Positions 1 to 9,616 of a stretch of 64,000 nt of DNA are shown one piece after another. The stretch is from the NCBI GenBank assembly GCA_016187465.1, contig JACPJQ010000007.1, positions 127,818-191,817 on the forward strand, given 5' to 3'. The notes beneath the pieces are model-generated. The model did no database searches. It was not told where the DNA came from and saw nothing but the letters and a program-made list of their open reading frames with translations. Each line of letters opens with the position of its first letter. Position 1 is the first letter of the stretch. Made by a program: the position numbers and the translations under genes. The DNA comes from Candidatus Woesearchaeota archaeon (GTDB taxonomy: Archaea > Nanobdellota > Nanobdellia > Woesearchaeales > GW2011-AR4).

Positions 1-43
1 TCGGAAGGAATTTTAGTTAATTCCTCTAAAGAATCTCCAATAA

Positions 44-814
44 TTATTTAATCAAATAACGACCTTTATTTTTAAATTCAAGAATTCCATTATCTCTTAA
101 AATTTGTAATTGCTGTCTAATCTTTGCTTGGATATTATGATTATCAGGATGGAGTTTTGATAAGTAGCCTTCAAAATTATATAAATCTCCTAGAATAAAT
201 TCTCTCTTGTTTAATTTCTCAACACAGTACATTACATCAGCAGTCCATGCCCTTTTTTCTGGTTTTTGATTGTTTAAGAAACACAATCTTTTCCATTCTC
301 TTTGAACATGGATTTTTGATATCACCCTTTTGTCTTCAATAACTTTAATTTTTCCAGAAATAGGCAGTTTATACAATAGTATGTTGCATCCAGTCCATCC
401 AGAACGTCTTGCAGATTCAGAAAGAGGTTTTCTTTTTTCTATTATGGATTCCGAAAAAAAGAATTTTGGAATTAATAACAAATTATTTATTTCCCAATCC
501 TTATTTGAGTATTGCATAAAAAAGAAATTGGGGTTTATTCTCGATGTTATAGCGTTTATCATTGGATTATATGCACCATCTACTACCTTATTATGAAACG
601 TAGAATTTTGACTCTTTAGTTGAAAATAATTGCCACAATTATTACAAAAAAAATCAGTTACTTTTGTATTGTTTGGATTTTTTGATAGTTCTTCATTTAA
701 GCAAGCAGGACAATACATTTCTTCTTTAAACCAATTTTCTGTAAGAACCCTAGCTATCTGGGATTTACTATGATATCTTTCAAAAACCTCTTTTTGAAGT
801 ATAGACATATCCAT
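44..814 (-). CDS. DpnI-family (Dam-replacing) methylation-dependent restriction endonuclease
   Basis: SQIARVLTENW, CPAC/CNNC zinc site, DFFC...QLKS PD-(D/E)xK-like core, DGAY, and a C-terminal winged helix KIRQQLQILRD. Start placed at ATG 814; the ORF track starts at 850. Confidence 0.85.
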   Translation of the reverse strand: MDMSILQKEVFERYHSKSQIARVLTENWFKEEMYCPACLNEELSKNPNNTKVTDFFCNNCGNYFQLKSQNSTFHNKVVDGAYNPMINAITSRINPNFFFMQYSNKDWEINNLLLIPKFFFSESIIEKRKPLSESARRSGWTGCNILLYKLPISGKIKVIEDKRVISKIHVQREWKRLCFLNNQKPEKRAWTADVMYCVEKLNKREFILGDLYNFEGYLSKLHPDNHNIQAKIRQQLQILRDNGILEFKNKGRYLIK

Positions 815-900
815 TTTAGACTCTTTATTTCTATTGATTTCTATACACAAATCTACATAAACTATATAAACATTGTTTTTATTTGTTTTTTTGGATTAAG

Positions 901-1110
901 ATGAAGTACGGAGTGATACACTGTTTTTATAATGATGAAAATGTTATTAAGACTGTTGAATTAATCAATGCGAAAAGTATCGAAGACGCATTCAATAAAA
1001 CTGATTGTAATATAGAGATAAACACAATAATCCCATTAAACAGGCATAATAAAAAAATGTTAAGAAAATTTACTAAATTAATTTTTAGAAATGGCATCAC
1101 TAAGAGATGA
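901..1110 (+). CDS. small hypothetical protein
   Basis: AT-rich ORF from ATG 901, overlapping the next gene; no recognisable motif. Confidence 0.4.
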   Translation: MKYGVIHCFYNDENVIKTVELINAKSIEDAFNKTDCNIEINTIIPLNRHNKKMLRKFTKLIFRNGITKR

Positions 1111-1591
1111 ATTAAGAAAACAGACTGTAAATAAATTTCTATCTGAAAAAGGAGGTTATTGGAAAGAAGGTAAGAAACATGTAACAATGTATAGATACTA
1201 CGTTGAAACACTAAAAGATGGTAGGAAAATTTATCTTTTGAGACCGACATTTCTCAACAAGGGAATTGATTTTCAAGTATGGGTAGAAAAAATGGAAGAA
1301 GATATTGATAAAAGGCCAAGTCACCAAACTGTTTTTAAGGATTTGGAGATAAAGAAAATAGACAATCCAAACGATTTTCCAATTTTATTAAAAGCAATTG
1401 AAGAGATTTGGAATTGCCAAGAACCTGACGAAATTTTACAAAAAAGAAAGATGATTTTTAAAAAAGGTCTTGAGGTTGAACTATTACTTAAAATCTTAAA
1501 GTGGCTTTTTATTGAGCAAGATATTACATATTGGAATTATGATGGAAGAGGTATGTTAAAATTGGCAATTGAAGAGAAGGCTTCAAAGTAA
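1091..1591 (+). CDS. hypothetical protein in defence patch
   Basis: 166 aa ORF with conserved-looking blocks RPTFLNKGIDF, RPSH and LKWLFIEQDITYWNYDGR. Confidence 0.7.
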   Translation: MASLRDELRKQTVNKFLSEKGGYWKEGKKHVTMYRYYVETLKDGRKIYLLRPTFLNKGIDFQVWVEKMEEDIDKRPSHQTVFKDLEIKKIDNPNDFPILLKAIEEIWNCQEPDEILQKRKMIFKKGLEVELLLKILKWLFIEQDITYWNYDGRGMLKLAIEEKASK

Positions 1592-1700
1592 TTAGATTTT
1601 CTCGCCCTTTTTTTTAGTCGTCAGGAACTCCCCCTCGTCATTCGTCGAAATCCCCCCTATCAGTCGGTTAGCCACTAAAAATTATTGAATATAACAAGAA

Positions 1701-2855
1701 TTACCCAAACATCCCCATGTAATCTTCCCCTTCAGCTGCTTCTTCCTTCTTGACCTTTTCTATAGCCTTCAAAAAGTCGTCTTTTGTGACAGAAGTCCTG
1801 TTGTCCCTTATTGCAAAATAGCCTGACTCGGTGCATACGGCTCTTATCTCAGCGCCGCTAAATCCTTCCATTCTGGCAGTTAAAGCTTCTAAATTGATGC
1901 TCTTCTCGAAGCTCATGTTTTTGGTGTGTATCTTGAATATATCTAATCTTGCTTCCTTGCTTGGGATTGGTATGTTTATCAGCCTGTCCAGCCTTCCGGG
2001 CCTTAATACAGCCGAATCAAGAATGTCTTTTCTGTTTGTTGCCCCTACAATCTTAACATTGTCAAGCGGTTTGAAGCCGTCAAGCTCGGCAAGAAGCTGC
2101 ATGAATGTCCTGTTGACCTCCCTTTCTCCAGAAGTTCCCACCTCGACCCTTTTTGCAGCCAAAGCGTCTAATTCGTCAATAAAAACAATTGCAGGGGCTT
2201 TTTTCCTCGCGAATTCAAAAATCTCTTTAACAAGCTTTGCGCCTTCGCCAATGAATTTCTGCACCAGCTCAGAGCCGACAACTTCTATAAAGGTGGAGTT
2301 TGTAGAAGCAGCGACTGCCTTTGCCAGCAATGTTTTGCCAGTCCCGGGTTCGCCGTAAAGAAGCACCCCTTTTGGAGGGGTAATCCCGATCTTCTTGAAC
2401 AGTTCCGGCTTTTTTAACGGAAGCTCAACTACCTCCTGTATCTCTTTTATCTGGCTGCCCAAGCCTCCGATTTCCTGCCATGAAATTGTGGGCTTTTCAA
2501 CAATCACAAATTTCTCAACATTAAAGCGTCTAGTAATTGGCACTTTTCTTATTATTGTGAGGTTTTTCTGCTCAACCAAAACTAAGTCGCCAGATTTAAG
2601 CTTCTCGCAGTCATTAGATATGTTGACAAGAAACTGGTTGCCGTTGGGTATTTTTATTATAGAAGTATTGCCAAAAAGCTCCTTCACCTCGCAGACCATT
2701 AATGGGGACGATTTGAATCTTTCAATCTCCTCTTTAAGCCTGCTGACAGTTTCCTTAAGAATCCTGTTTTCGTCCTCATACTGATTTGAGGATGTTGAAT
2801 AGCCGTACATCACGCTGTCGATTATGCTCTTTGGCTTTGCTTCTTTTGCTGGCAT
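1701..2855 (-). CDS. pan: proteasome-activating nucleotidase (AAA+)
   Basis: N-terminal coiled coil and OB region, Walker A GEPGTGKT, Walker B FIDELD, SRH LRPGRLDR, C-terminal HbYX-like MFG. Confidence 0.93.
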   Translation of the reverse strand: MPAKEAKPKSIIDSVMYGYSTSSNQYEDENRILKETVSRLKEEIERFKSSPLMVCEVKELFGNTSIIKIPNGNQFLVNISNDCEKLKSGDLVLVEQKNLTIIRKVPITRRFNVEKFVIVEKPTISWQEIGGLGSQIKEIQEVVELPLKKPELFKKIGITPPKGVLLYGEPGTGKTLLAKAVAASTNSTFIEVVGSELVQKFIGEGAKLVKEIFEFARKKAPAIVFIDELDALAAKRVEVGTSGEREVNRTFMQLLAELDGFKPLDNVKIVGATNRKDILDSAVLRPGRLDRLINIPIPSKEARLDIFKIHTKNMSFEKSINLEALTARMEGFSGAEIRAVCTESGYFAIRDNRTSVTKDDFLKAIEKVKKEEAAEGEDYMGMFG

Positions 2856-2897
2856 AGCGATTGTGAAAAATTTCTTACTATAAAAGTTTTTGGTTTA

Positions 2898-3839
2898 TCA
2901 AACAAATTTTCCTTCTTTCATTATCAAAGCGCCGTCAGCATAAATTGTCGGCTTTTTGATTACAAAATCAACATGGAATGGCACATCAACTTTGCCGCCA
3001 AAATGCTTGTTGTTGCCGAAGGCTATGTGGCAAGTTCCTGCCACTTTTTCGTCTTCCAGAACATTGCCTGTTATTTTTGCCCTGTAATTTGTGCCGATGC
3101 CAAGCTCTGCAACATTCCTGTATAACTCATTTTTTAGTAATTTTTTGAACTGATTTGCAGTTTTTCCGCCATTCGCACTTGTTATAAAGCCGTCCTCAAC
3201 AGTTATTTTAATATTTTTATCAACTTTCCCCAAACCGCCAACGCTCGCATCCACAATAATTTTGCCATTTGTTTTTCCTTCAAGTGGGGCAATGAATATC
3301 TCACCTCCGGGTAAATTGCCAAAAGCACGCTTTTTATTATATATGGCTCCATCATCACTTATCCATTTTCTATTCTTAATTTCAAATTCCACTTTTGTAC
3401 CGAGTTTTGTTGTTATTTTTATATTGGATTTATTTTTCAATTTTGATATTAGTCTTTCATTGATTGTTTTTATTTTATTAAAATTAATATTTAATGTCCT
3501 TTGCATCGTGTCTTTTGTAATACCAGGCATGCTTGCTATTCTAGCGCCATTTTTGATTGCATTCTCTCTAGCTCTTGTATGACTCAAAGATTTTGTTGTT
3601 GGCATTAAAATCACATCATGCTTTAGCATTTCATCTGCGATTTTTTGTGGAGGTTCTTCTCCATGAGCTTTTGGTATGGTTGTTAGAATTATTTTTGAAT
3701 TTTTAGTAATTTTTAATGAGTTTTTGTATAATGCATCTCCTATTGATTTTAGTTTAGAGTCCGTAACAATAAGGCAGCTTTCATTTTTCTTTAGATTCAT
3801 GCACTGCTTTAGGATTATTTTGCATGATTTATCGAGCAT
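2898..3839 (-). CDS. M29-family (thermophilic) aminopeptidase
   Basis: GNLPGGEIFIAP, AELGIGTN, EDEKVAGTCHIAFG and HVDFV metal-ligand motifs. Confidence 0.88.
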   Translation of the reverse strand: MLDKSCKIILKQCMNLKKNESCLIVTDSKLKSIGDALYKNSLKITKNSKIILTTIPKAHGEEPPQKIADEMLKHDVILMPTTKSLSHTRARENAIKNGARIASMPGITKDTMQRTLNINFNKIKTINERLISKLKNKSNIKITTKLGTKVEFEIKNRKWISDDGAIYNKKRAFGNLPGGEIFIAPLEGKTNGKIIVDASVGGLGKVDKNIKITVEDGFITSANGGKTANQFKKLLKNELYRNVAELGIGTNYRAKITGNVLEDEKVAGTCHIAFGNNKHFGGKVDVPFHVDFVIKKPTIYADGALIMKEGKFV

Positions 3840-3840
3840 T

Positions 3841-5619
3841 CTAAGCCACAAACTCCCCATCTCTTAATATCCAATGCTTATTCCCTTTATTATCAATCCC
3901 ATAAACATCAAGCTTCTGCCTCGGGGCATTGAACACAATATCCATATGGTACTCTGTGCTCCTGTCAGGCTCAAATCCAGAGCCAAGGGCGATATGCATC
4001 ATCTTTGCTATTTTTTCGTTGACAATAAGATATTCGCACAACCTCGCCTTTGGATTTGTGTTGATCGCAAATTCCCCTATCCTCTCAAAGTTCTTCTTTT
4101 TCAAATCAATTATTTCCTGCGGCAAACTTTTGTTTTTTTCTGATTCAAGCAGCATTTTCATTGCATCATTTTTCCTTTTATTTATTTTCTTAATAATTTC
4201 ATTTGGGCCGTCTATGATTTTATAAGTGCTGCCGTAGCACTCTACAACAATGGGATTTTTATCATTTAATGCATAGCTCTGGTCAACGTGAACAACAATA
4301 TCTCCGACAAATATGCCATGTATGTACTCCGGTGTCACAAAAGCCTCTCCACCGGGAATATTGCCCATGCATCCAGCTTTTATCCCAGTCATCTTTAGGT
4401 AATCCCTGTTTATTTTTTCCCGCACATCAGTGTCAGAGCGCCTGACCCACCTTCTCGAGCCGTCTTCCTTGACTAATCCGACCTCAAGTTTTGCTGTATA
4501 TTTTTCTTTAAGCCTGCCTTCAACATAGATAACGTCGCACTTGTCCATTTTGTCCTTCAATTTTTGGTTTCTGGCCCTTATGTCGCTCCAGTCCACCAAG
4601 TTTGTTTCTATGAATATATCTATTGGAATTGTCTCTGTAAAAGCCACTCTTGCAACTGGGTCCCTCTCGTCATATTTTGTTTGCGGGTAGAAATCAAGCT
4701 TGTAGATAATCTGGCCTGGAGTGAGCCATCTTGTCTTTTTGTTTGGGGAGGGATAGCCGATAATCTCACCAAAAAGGTGCTTGCCAGGATAACCTTTTGC
4801 GCTTATCGAAAATGATAAATCAATTGGCTTTAGCCTGTCAAGATTTAATAGCTTTGAAAGTTTTTTGTATTTTTTAAATATCTCTTCATCAATCTCCTTT
4901 GACAGCTCGCATCCGAGCAAGGTAGCCCTTAAATCCGATATCCTCTCGCTTTTCTCAAGCATGGAAGCTCTGAATGTATAAGCATTCATTATCGGCTCTG
5001 CTGTTTTTTTTGCAGTCTGCGTCATTGCCCATATTATCGAATAAGAGTCAAGATAGTCTTCCAAAGGATGTCCAATTAAATTCTGAGCAGGTATCAGCGA
5101 AAAGCCAATACCTACTCTCTCACCTTTTTTTAAAGCATAAACATCTCTCCAAAGGATTTCAGCGGTTTTCATTAACTCGTCCATTCTGTAATCCTTAAAC
5201 CATTCTGTATGAAAGGGCAGTTCCAAAGAGCCCGTAAACTTATTTGATTTTGCTTCAAGTACAAATTCAGGTTTTTTGAATAATTTTTTAAATTCGCCTT
5301 TTGCTTTTTTGTCAACCTCTTCAATAAAATCTGCCAAGGATTCTGTTTTTTCATTTTTTATGCCTTTTTCAAGCTCTTCAAAATTATTCCAAACGTCTTT
5401 TAACGCTTCCAATCCTTCTGATTTTTTATTTACGCCAATGCAGCTTGCGTCTGCCCCGAGCTCATGCAAAGCCCTTGACAAAGGAGCGGTGGAATAGAAA
5501 GCTTCCTTGTTATTTATGTCAAAAATTATGAAGAAAGTTTTACCTTTTGCTTTCTTGACATGATTCTTGTAGTCTTTTACAGCGGAACTAAATGATTTTT
5601 CTTTGTATTTCATTTTCAA
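3841..5619 (-). CDS. long M29-family aminopeptidase-like protein
   Basis: C-terminal GNIPGGEAF, GEFAINTN, NEKIAKMMHIALG and HMDIV motifs; about 270 aa extra at the N-terminus. Confidence 0.8.
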   Translation of the reverse strand: MKMKYKEKSFSSAVKDYKNHVKKAKGKTFFIIFDINNKEAFYSTAPLSRALHELGADASCIGVNKKSEGLEALKDVWNNFEELEKGIKNEKTESLADFIEEVDKKAKGEFKKLFKKPEFVLEAKSNKFTGSLELPFHTEWFKDYRMDELMKTAEILWRDVYALKKGERVGIGFSLIPAQNLIGHPLEDYLDSYSIIWAMTQTAKKTAEPIMNAYTFRASMLEKSERISDLRATLLGCELSKEIDEEIFKKYKKLSKLLNLDRLKPIDLSFSISAKGYPGKHLFGEIIGYPSPNKKTRWLTPGQIIYKLDFYPQTKYDERDPVARVAFTETIPIDIFIETNLVDWSDIRARNQKLKDKMDKCDVIYVEGRLKEKYTAKLEVGLVKEDGSRRWVRRSDTDVREKINRDYLKMTGIKAGCMGNIPGGEAFVTPEYIHGIFVGDIVVHVDQSYALNDKNPIVVECYGSTYKIIDGPNEIIKKINKRKNDAMKMLLESEKNKSLPQEIIDLKKKNFERIGEFAINTNPKARLCEYLIVNEKIAKMMHIALGSGFEPDRSTEYHMDIVFNAPRQKLDVYGIDNKGNKHWILRDGEFVA

Positions 5620-5646
5620 AGTGAATCTGCAGTTTGCTTTAAAATT

Positions 5647-6861
5647 TTACGTTTTTGAGCTTGATCTTAAATCAGGAACCCTAAATAAATAAAACAACGA
5701 AAACACTATAAAAGCCATTATCATGAAAAGAACAGCATTGTAGCCGTAGCTTACAATAAGCCATCCCCCTATCAAGGGTCCTATAATTGCAGCAAGCCTG
5801 TTTACAATCTGGGAATACCCGAAAAACTCTCCAATCTTGTCACCTGGGGTCAAAAACACAAACAAAGTTCTTGCATTTGCCATCGAGCCTCCGAATGCAA
5901 TGCTTCCAATCAGGCCCACTATCCAAAATGTGTTGATGTTTCTTGAAGATATAAACACGCCAACTACAAAAATCCAGGTTATTGTGGAGAAAGCAAGCAT
6001 ATTCTTTGCGCCATACTTGTCAGAAAGCCTTCCTAAAATTAATGCGCCGATGCACGCACCGATAGACTGCCCCATAAAAAGCAGAATAAACTGCCCAAGC
6101 TGCATGCCTATCTCGTTTTGGGCATATAAAAAGAAGAATATGTCAATTGCAGCAAGCGCATTAGAAAACAAGCCGAAATAAGCTAGAAAGGGTAACATTC
6201 CCCTTATCCTGAAAAGCCCTTTTAAAGTATTAAATATCCTGAAAAGCATTTCAGAGCTGCTCATTCTCAGCTTTCTAACCTTTTCGTCCTTAAAAATAAA
6301 GAGCATAGGAATCGAGAAAATAAGGAAAAAAATCGCGATGACCGGGAATACCGCTTTTATGCCTGCAGCAGTCTTTATTGTATCAGTTTCAAAAAACTTC
6401 AATGTCAAATAAGCTATGAGCATGCTTAGTATAGTTCCAGTGAATCCTGCAGCCATCCCAAATCCCGAAACCTTTCCCATGTCCTTGTCAGCAGCCAGCA
6501 GCGGCAAAATGGTGTTGTATATTGAGAGGCTTATGTTATACAGAATCGTTACAATTCCGGCCAGTACAAGATTCCAGAAGAGATTAACCCCAGGAAGAAT
6601 TGCTATTATCACTATCATAGCAATCGTAGGGACAATGATAAATGGTTTTCTTATATTGGTATTGTCAGAAATTAAACCGATTGCAGGAATAAGAATACCG
6701 AAGAAAAACAGCCCTACGGCAACTGTAAGGCCGAGGTGGAACTCGTTGCCGTGCAGGATTTCTGTCACAAGCAAAGGCCAGAAGATAGTCACAAATGGCG
6801 ATGTGAACGCAGTGTTTGCCAAATCATACAGCGCCCATGCAATTATTTTTTTGTTAAACAT
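5647..6861 (-). CDS. MFS transporter (UMF1/ATG22-like)
   Basis: About 12 TM helices, N-terminal AWALYDLANTAF, GRLSDKYGAK motif A. Confidence 0.88.
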   Translation of the reverse strand: MFNKKIIAWALYDLANTAFTSPFVTIFWPLLVTEILHGNEFHLGLTVAVGLFFFGILIPAIGLISDNTNIRKPFIIVPTIAMIVIIAILPGVNLFWNLVLAGIVTILYNISLSIYNTILPLLAADKDMGKVSGFGMAAGFTGTILSMLIAYLTLKFFETDTIKTAAGIKAVFPVIAIFFLIFSIPMLFIFKDEKVRKLRMSSSEMLFRIFNTLKGLFRIRGMLPFLAYFGLFSNALAAIDIFFFLYAQNEIGMQLGQFILLFMGQSIGACIGALILGRLSDKYGAKNMLAFSTITWIFVVGVFISSRNINTFWIVGLIGSIAFGGSMANARTLFVFLTPGDKIGEFFGYSQIVNRLAAIIGPLIGGWLIVSYGYNAVLFMIMAFIVFSLFYLFRVPDLRSSSKT

Positions 6862-6867
6862 CCTGTT

Positions 6868-7203
6868 TCATCCTTTCTTTACTACAAAAACAACGATTGC
6901 AATGGCATAGCTTCCATCATGGCTTATGCTCAAGTCCGAGCTCAAAACAGCATTTTTTCCCAATTGTTTTTTGTTGATTGACAGCAAGGGCTTTCCGCTT
7001 TTCTCCTTATTTATAATTATGTCATGCCACCTTAAACTGTTAAATGCTTTTTTGCAGCTCTCTTTTGCAGCAAAGAGTCCTGCAAGAGTCTCGGGTCTTG
7101 AATTCCTGATTTCGCTTTCGTAAAATATCTTAAGCAAAGAGCTCTTGTCAGTTTTCCTGAATCTGTCTATCTCAACTATATCGCAGCCGGTTTTTATATC
7201 CAT
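6868..7203 (-). CDS. acpS: holo-[acyl-carrier-protein] synthase (phosphopantetheinyl transferase)
   Basis: GCDIVEIDRF, LAGLFAAKES, SGKP and LSISHD motifs. Confidence 0.9.
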   Translation of the reverse strand: MDIKTGCDIVEIDRFRKTDKSSLLKIFYESEIRNSRPETLAGLFAAKESCKKAFNSLRWHDIIINKEKSGKPLLSINKKQLGKNAVLSSDLSISHDGSYAIAIVVFVVKKG

Positions 7204-7232
7204 ATTCCCGAATAGTGTGTTCTGCTTATTGC

Positions 7233-9605
7233 TCATAAACTTCTTACCTTTTGCTCTATGAGTTTGGTGATGCCATCATAAGTCATCTTTGACAGCTGCT
7301 TGCTGCTAAATTGAATAGGCTTTCCAAAGATCACTGATGTTTTTCCAAATCTTGGGATTGAGCTGCCTCTTGGAAGCACCTCAAACAGGCCATTTATCCT
7401 CACAGGTATGACTTTGGCTTCCATGCCGGCAACTATGTATCCTACGCCAGACTTAAAATCGTGGATATTTCCATCCGGGGTTCTTTCGCCTTCTGGAAAA
7501 AGTATTATGGAAAATCCCCTGTCAATCATTTCTCCGGTAAACTCTAGGCTCGTGCCAGTTCCTATTGCTGCGCCGAATGGGTAAGCATTGTACGCAAATG
7601 AGCTGCAATATCCAAGCAGTTTTCTTAGAATTTTCTGAATTCCTCCGACGCCAATTCCGAATACAACTTCAGGATGGGCTGCAACAGCAAAAGGCATTTT
7701 TATGCGCCGTGTGATGACTGGAATGTCAAAAGCGCTCTGATGGTTGCTCACTATGATTACAGGCTCTTCGATATTTGCTAAATTCTCCAGTCCTTTGTAT
7801 TCTGTTCTTGTAAAAAATCTTATCAGCGGGAATAGCAGAAATACCTGAAGAGCATGCCTGAAAACTCTGACAAAGGGCATTGTTGGCCATGCCCTAAACT
7901 TGATGCTTGTGATCCTGCTTTCCTTCATCAGTTTTTCTATGTCCAGAGCAGTTGTGTTTTTGTCTATTCTTGTTTCATCAATCTCAACATCAAATTGCTT
8001 TTCAAGCTCTGAAATCATCTCGACTCTTTTAAGAGAGTCCATGCCAAGCTCGACCAGCTTGGAATTTTGCTTTATTTCTTTGCCTGGATCCAATACTTGG
8101 TGTATCAGCCCATAAACTTTATTTTCATAAGCATATTTTTTATGCCTGTCGGTTTTGTCAAGCTCCTGCTGCAAAATAAATCTTTTGACTTTGCCAGTAG
8201 GCGTTTTTGGAAACTGCATATCGCGCCATACTGAGCAGCCTGCTATTGTCTGGTGGCTAAGCAGCCTTGCATTTGCCTCTTTTATCACATCCTCGCATTT
8301 GATCTTTCCCTCCAATATCAAAACTGCATGTATTTTGTTGTTTCTTTGGATGGCGCAGCTCTCTTTCACGCCTTTTATCGAGTTAAGAACAGACTCTATA
8401 TCAACCGGATATGCCTTCAGACCGCTTGATGTGATGATAATATCCTTTTTCCTCTCCTTTATGTAAAGGTAGCCGTTTTTTATGTATCCTACATCTCCTG
8501 TCTTAAACCACCAGTTTTCAAAAGAGCTTATTGTTTTTTCCCTGTTTTTGTAGTAGCCGCTTGTTATGTTATCTCCTTTAACAAGAATTTCACCATCTTC
8601 GCCGAGCTTAACATTAACACATTGCGCAATTTTCCCTACGCTTCCTGCTTTTGATGCAAACGGCGTGTTCAATGAGATTACAGAAGAGGTTTCTGTCATG
8701 CCGTAGCCGTTCAGCACCATTATCATTTTTCTTTTCCACCATTTCTCAAGATCTATGTCAAGAGACGCCCCTCCGACCCCTATAAGCCTGAACTGGATTC
8801 CTAAGCTGCACGGCACGCATTTCCCTTCCAAATCATTTTTTACAGCAGCGAGCATTCCGGGGACAAAAATAGCGGCGTTAATTCTTTTGTTTCTTATAAA
8901 GGCAATGAGCTTCTTTGGCCGGATTGAATCAATAAAATAGATCCCATATCCATAATAAACAGGCAAGAGTATACCCATAATCTGGGAAAAAACATGGCTT
9001 AAAGGAAGGACATTCAAAAATTTCAAGTGAATCCTTAGTTTTAAGGCGTCTGTCGCAGCCTGAAGCGCTGTAAGGATATTTTTATGCGTTAATACAACTC
9101 CTTTTGGATCTCCTGTTGTTCCTGAAGTGTATTGTATTTCCAGCGGATCTTCTGGATTTGCATTGTCGATTGGAACATTGCCTGTCTTAAACTCTTTTAG
9201 CTTGTCATCAAGCTCTTCAAGGTAAAAAGATTTAATTTTTGCTCCAGCGGGAAGATTTATCGAGATGCTTTGAAAGACTGCCTTTGCCTCTACCTGCCTG
9301 CATATTTTTTGAAGAAGGGTTTTATCTGTGAGCGCATCCAAAGGCACTGCAGTTATGTTTGACAGGATGCACGCAAAATAAATTGTTACCCATTCAATTG
9401 AGCTATTGCCGAGTATTATGACTTTGTCGGCTTTTTTAATGCTGTATCTTTTAAGCATCATCCTTGCGGCATTTATTTTCTTGAGCAATTCCTGGCCATT
9501 AATTGATTTTGTCCTATAGCCGGTTTTATGGCTGAAAGAAAGCTTTTTGTTTTTCAGCAATGAAAGATAAACTAATTTTTGGATAGAATAAGCATCTTGC
9601 ACCAT
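7233..9605 (-). CDS. fatty-acyl adenylation domain + carrier (ACP) domain + lysophospholipid acyltransferase fusion
   Basis: YTSGTTGDPKG, GYGMTE, FKTGD and PKTPTGK adenylation motifs; LGMDSL phosphopantetheine site; NHQSAFD (HxxxxD) and FPEGERT PlsC-family motifs. Confidence 0.88.
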   Translation of the reverse strand: MVQDAYSIQKLVYLSLLKNKKLSFSHKTGYRTKSINGQELLKKINAARMMLKRYSIKKADKVIILGNSSIEWVTIYFACILSNITAVPLDALTDKTLLQKICRQVEAKAVFQSISINLPAGAKIKSFYLEELDDKLKEFKTGNVPIDNANPEDPLEIQYTSGTTGDPKGVVLTHKNILTALQAATDALKLRIHLKFLNVLPLSHVFSQIMGILLPVYYGYGIYFIDSIRPKKLIAFIRNKRINAAIFVPGMLAAVKNDLEGKCVPCSLGIQFRLIGVGGASLDIDLEKWWKRKMIMVLNGYGMTETSSVISLNTPFASKAGSVGKIAQCVNVKLGEDGEILVKGDNITSGYYKNREKTISSFENWWFKTGDVGYIKNGYLYIKERKKDIIITSSGLKAYPVDIESVLNSIKGVKESCAIQRNNKIHAVLILEGKIKCEDVIKEANARLLSHQTIAGCSVWRDMQFPKTPTGKVKRFILQQELDKTDRHKKYAYENKVYGLIHQVLDPGKEIKQNSKLVELGMDSLKRVEMISELEKQFDVEIDETRIDKNTTALDIEKLMKESRITSIKFRAWPTMPFVRVFRHALQVFLLFPLIRFFTRTEYKGLENLANIEEPVIIVSNHQSAFDIPVITRRIKMPFAVAAHPEVVFGIGVGGIQKILRKLLGYCSSFAYNAYPFGAAIGTGTSLEFTGEMIDRGFSIILFPEGERTPDGNIHDFKSGVGYIVAGMEAKVIPVRINGLFEVLPRGSSIPRFGKTSVIFGKPIQFSSKQLSKMTYDGITKLIEQKVRSL

Positions 9606-9616
9606 ACAGATGCAAT

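Noticed and set aside
1592-1700. Possible end of a second IS6-like element (CAGTCGG..AGCCAC resembles part of the TIR)
   Set aside because: Match is short and gapped, with no terminal ATACC and no partner end in the window
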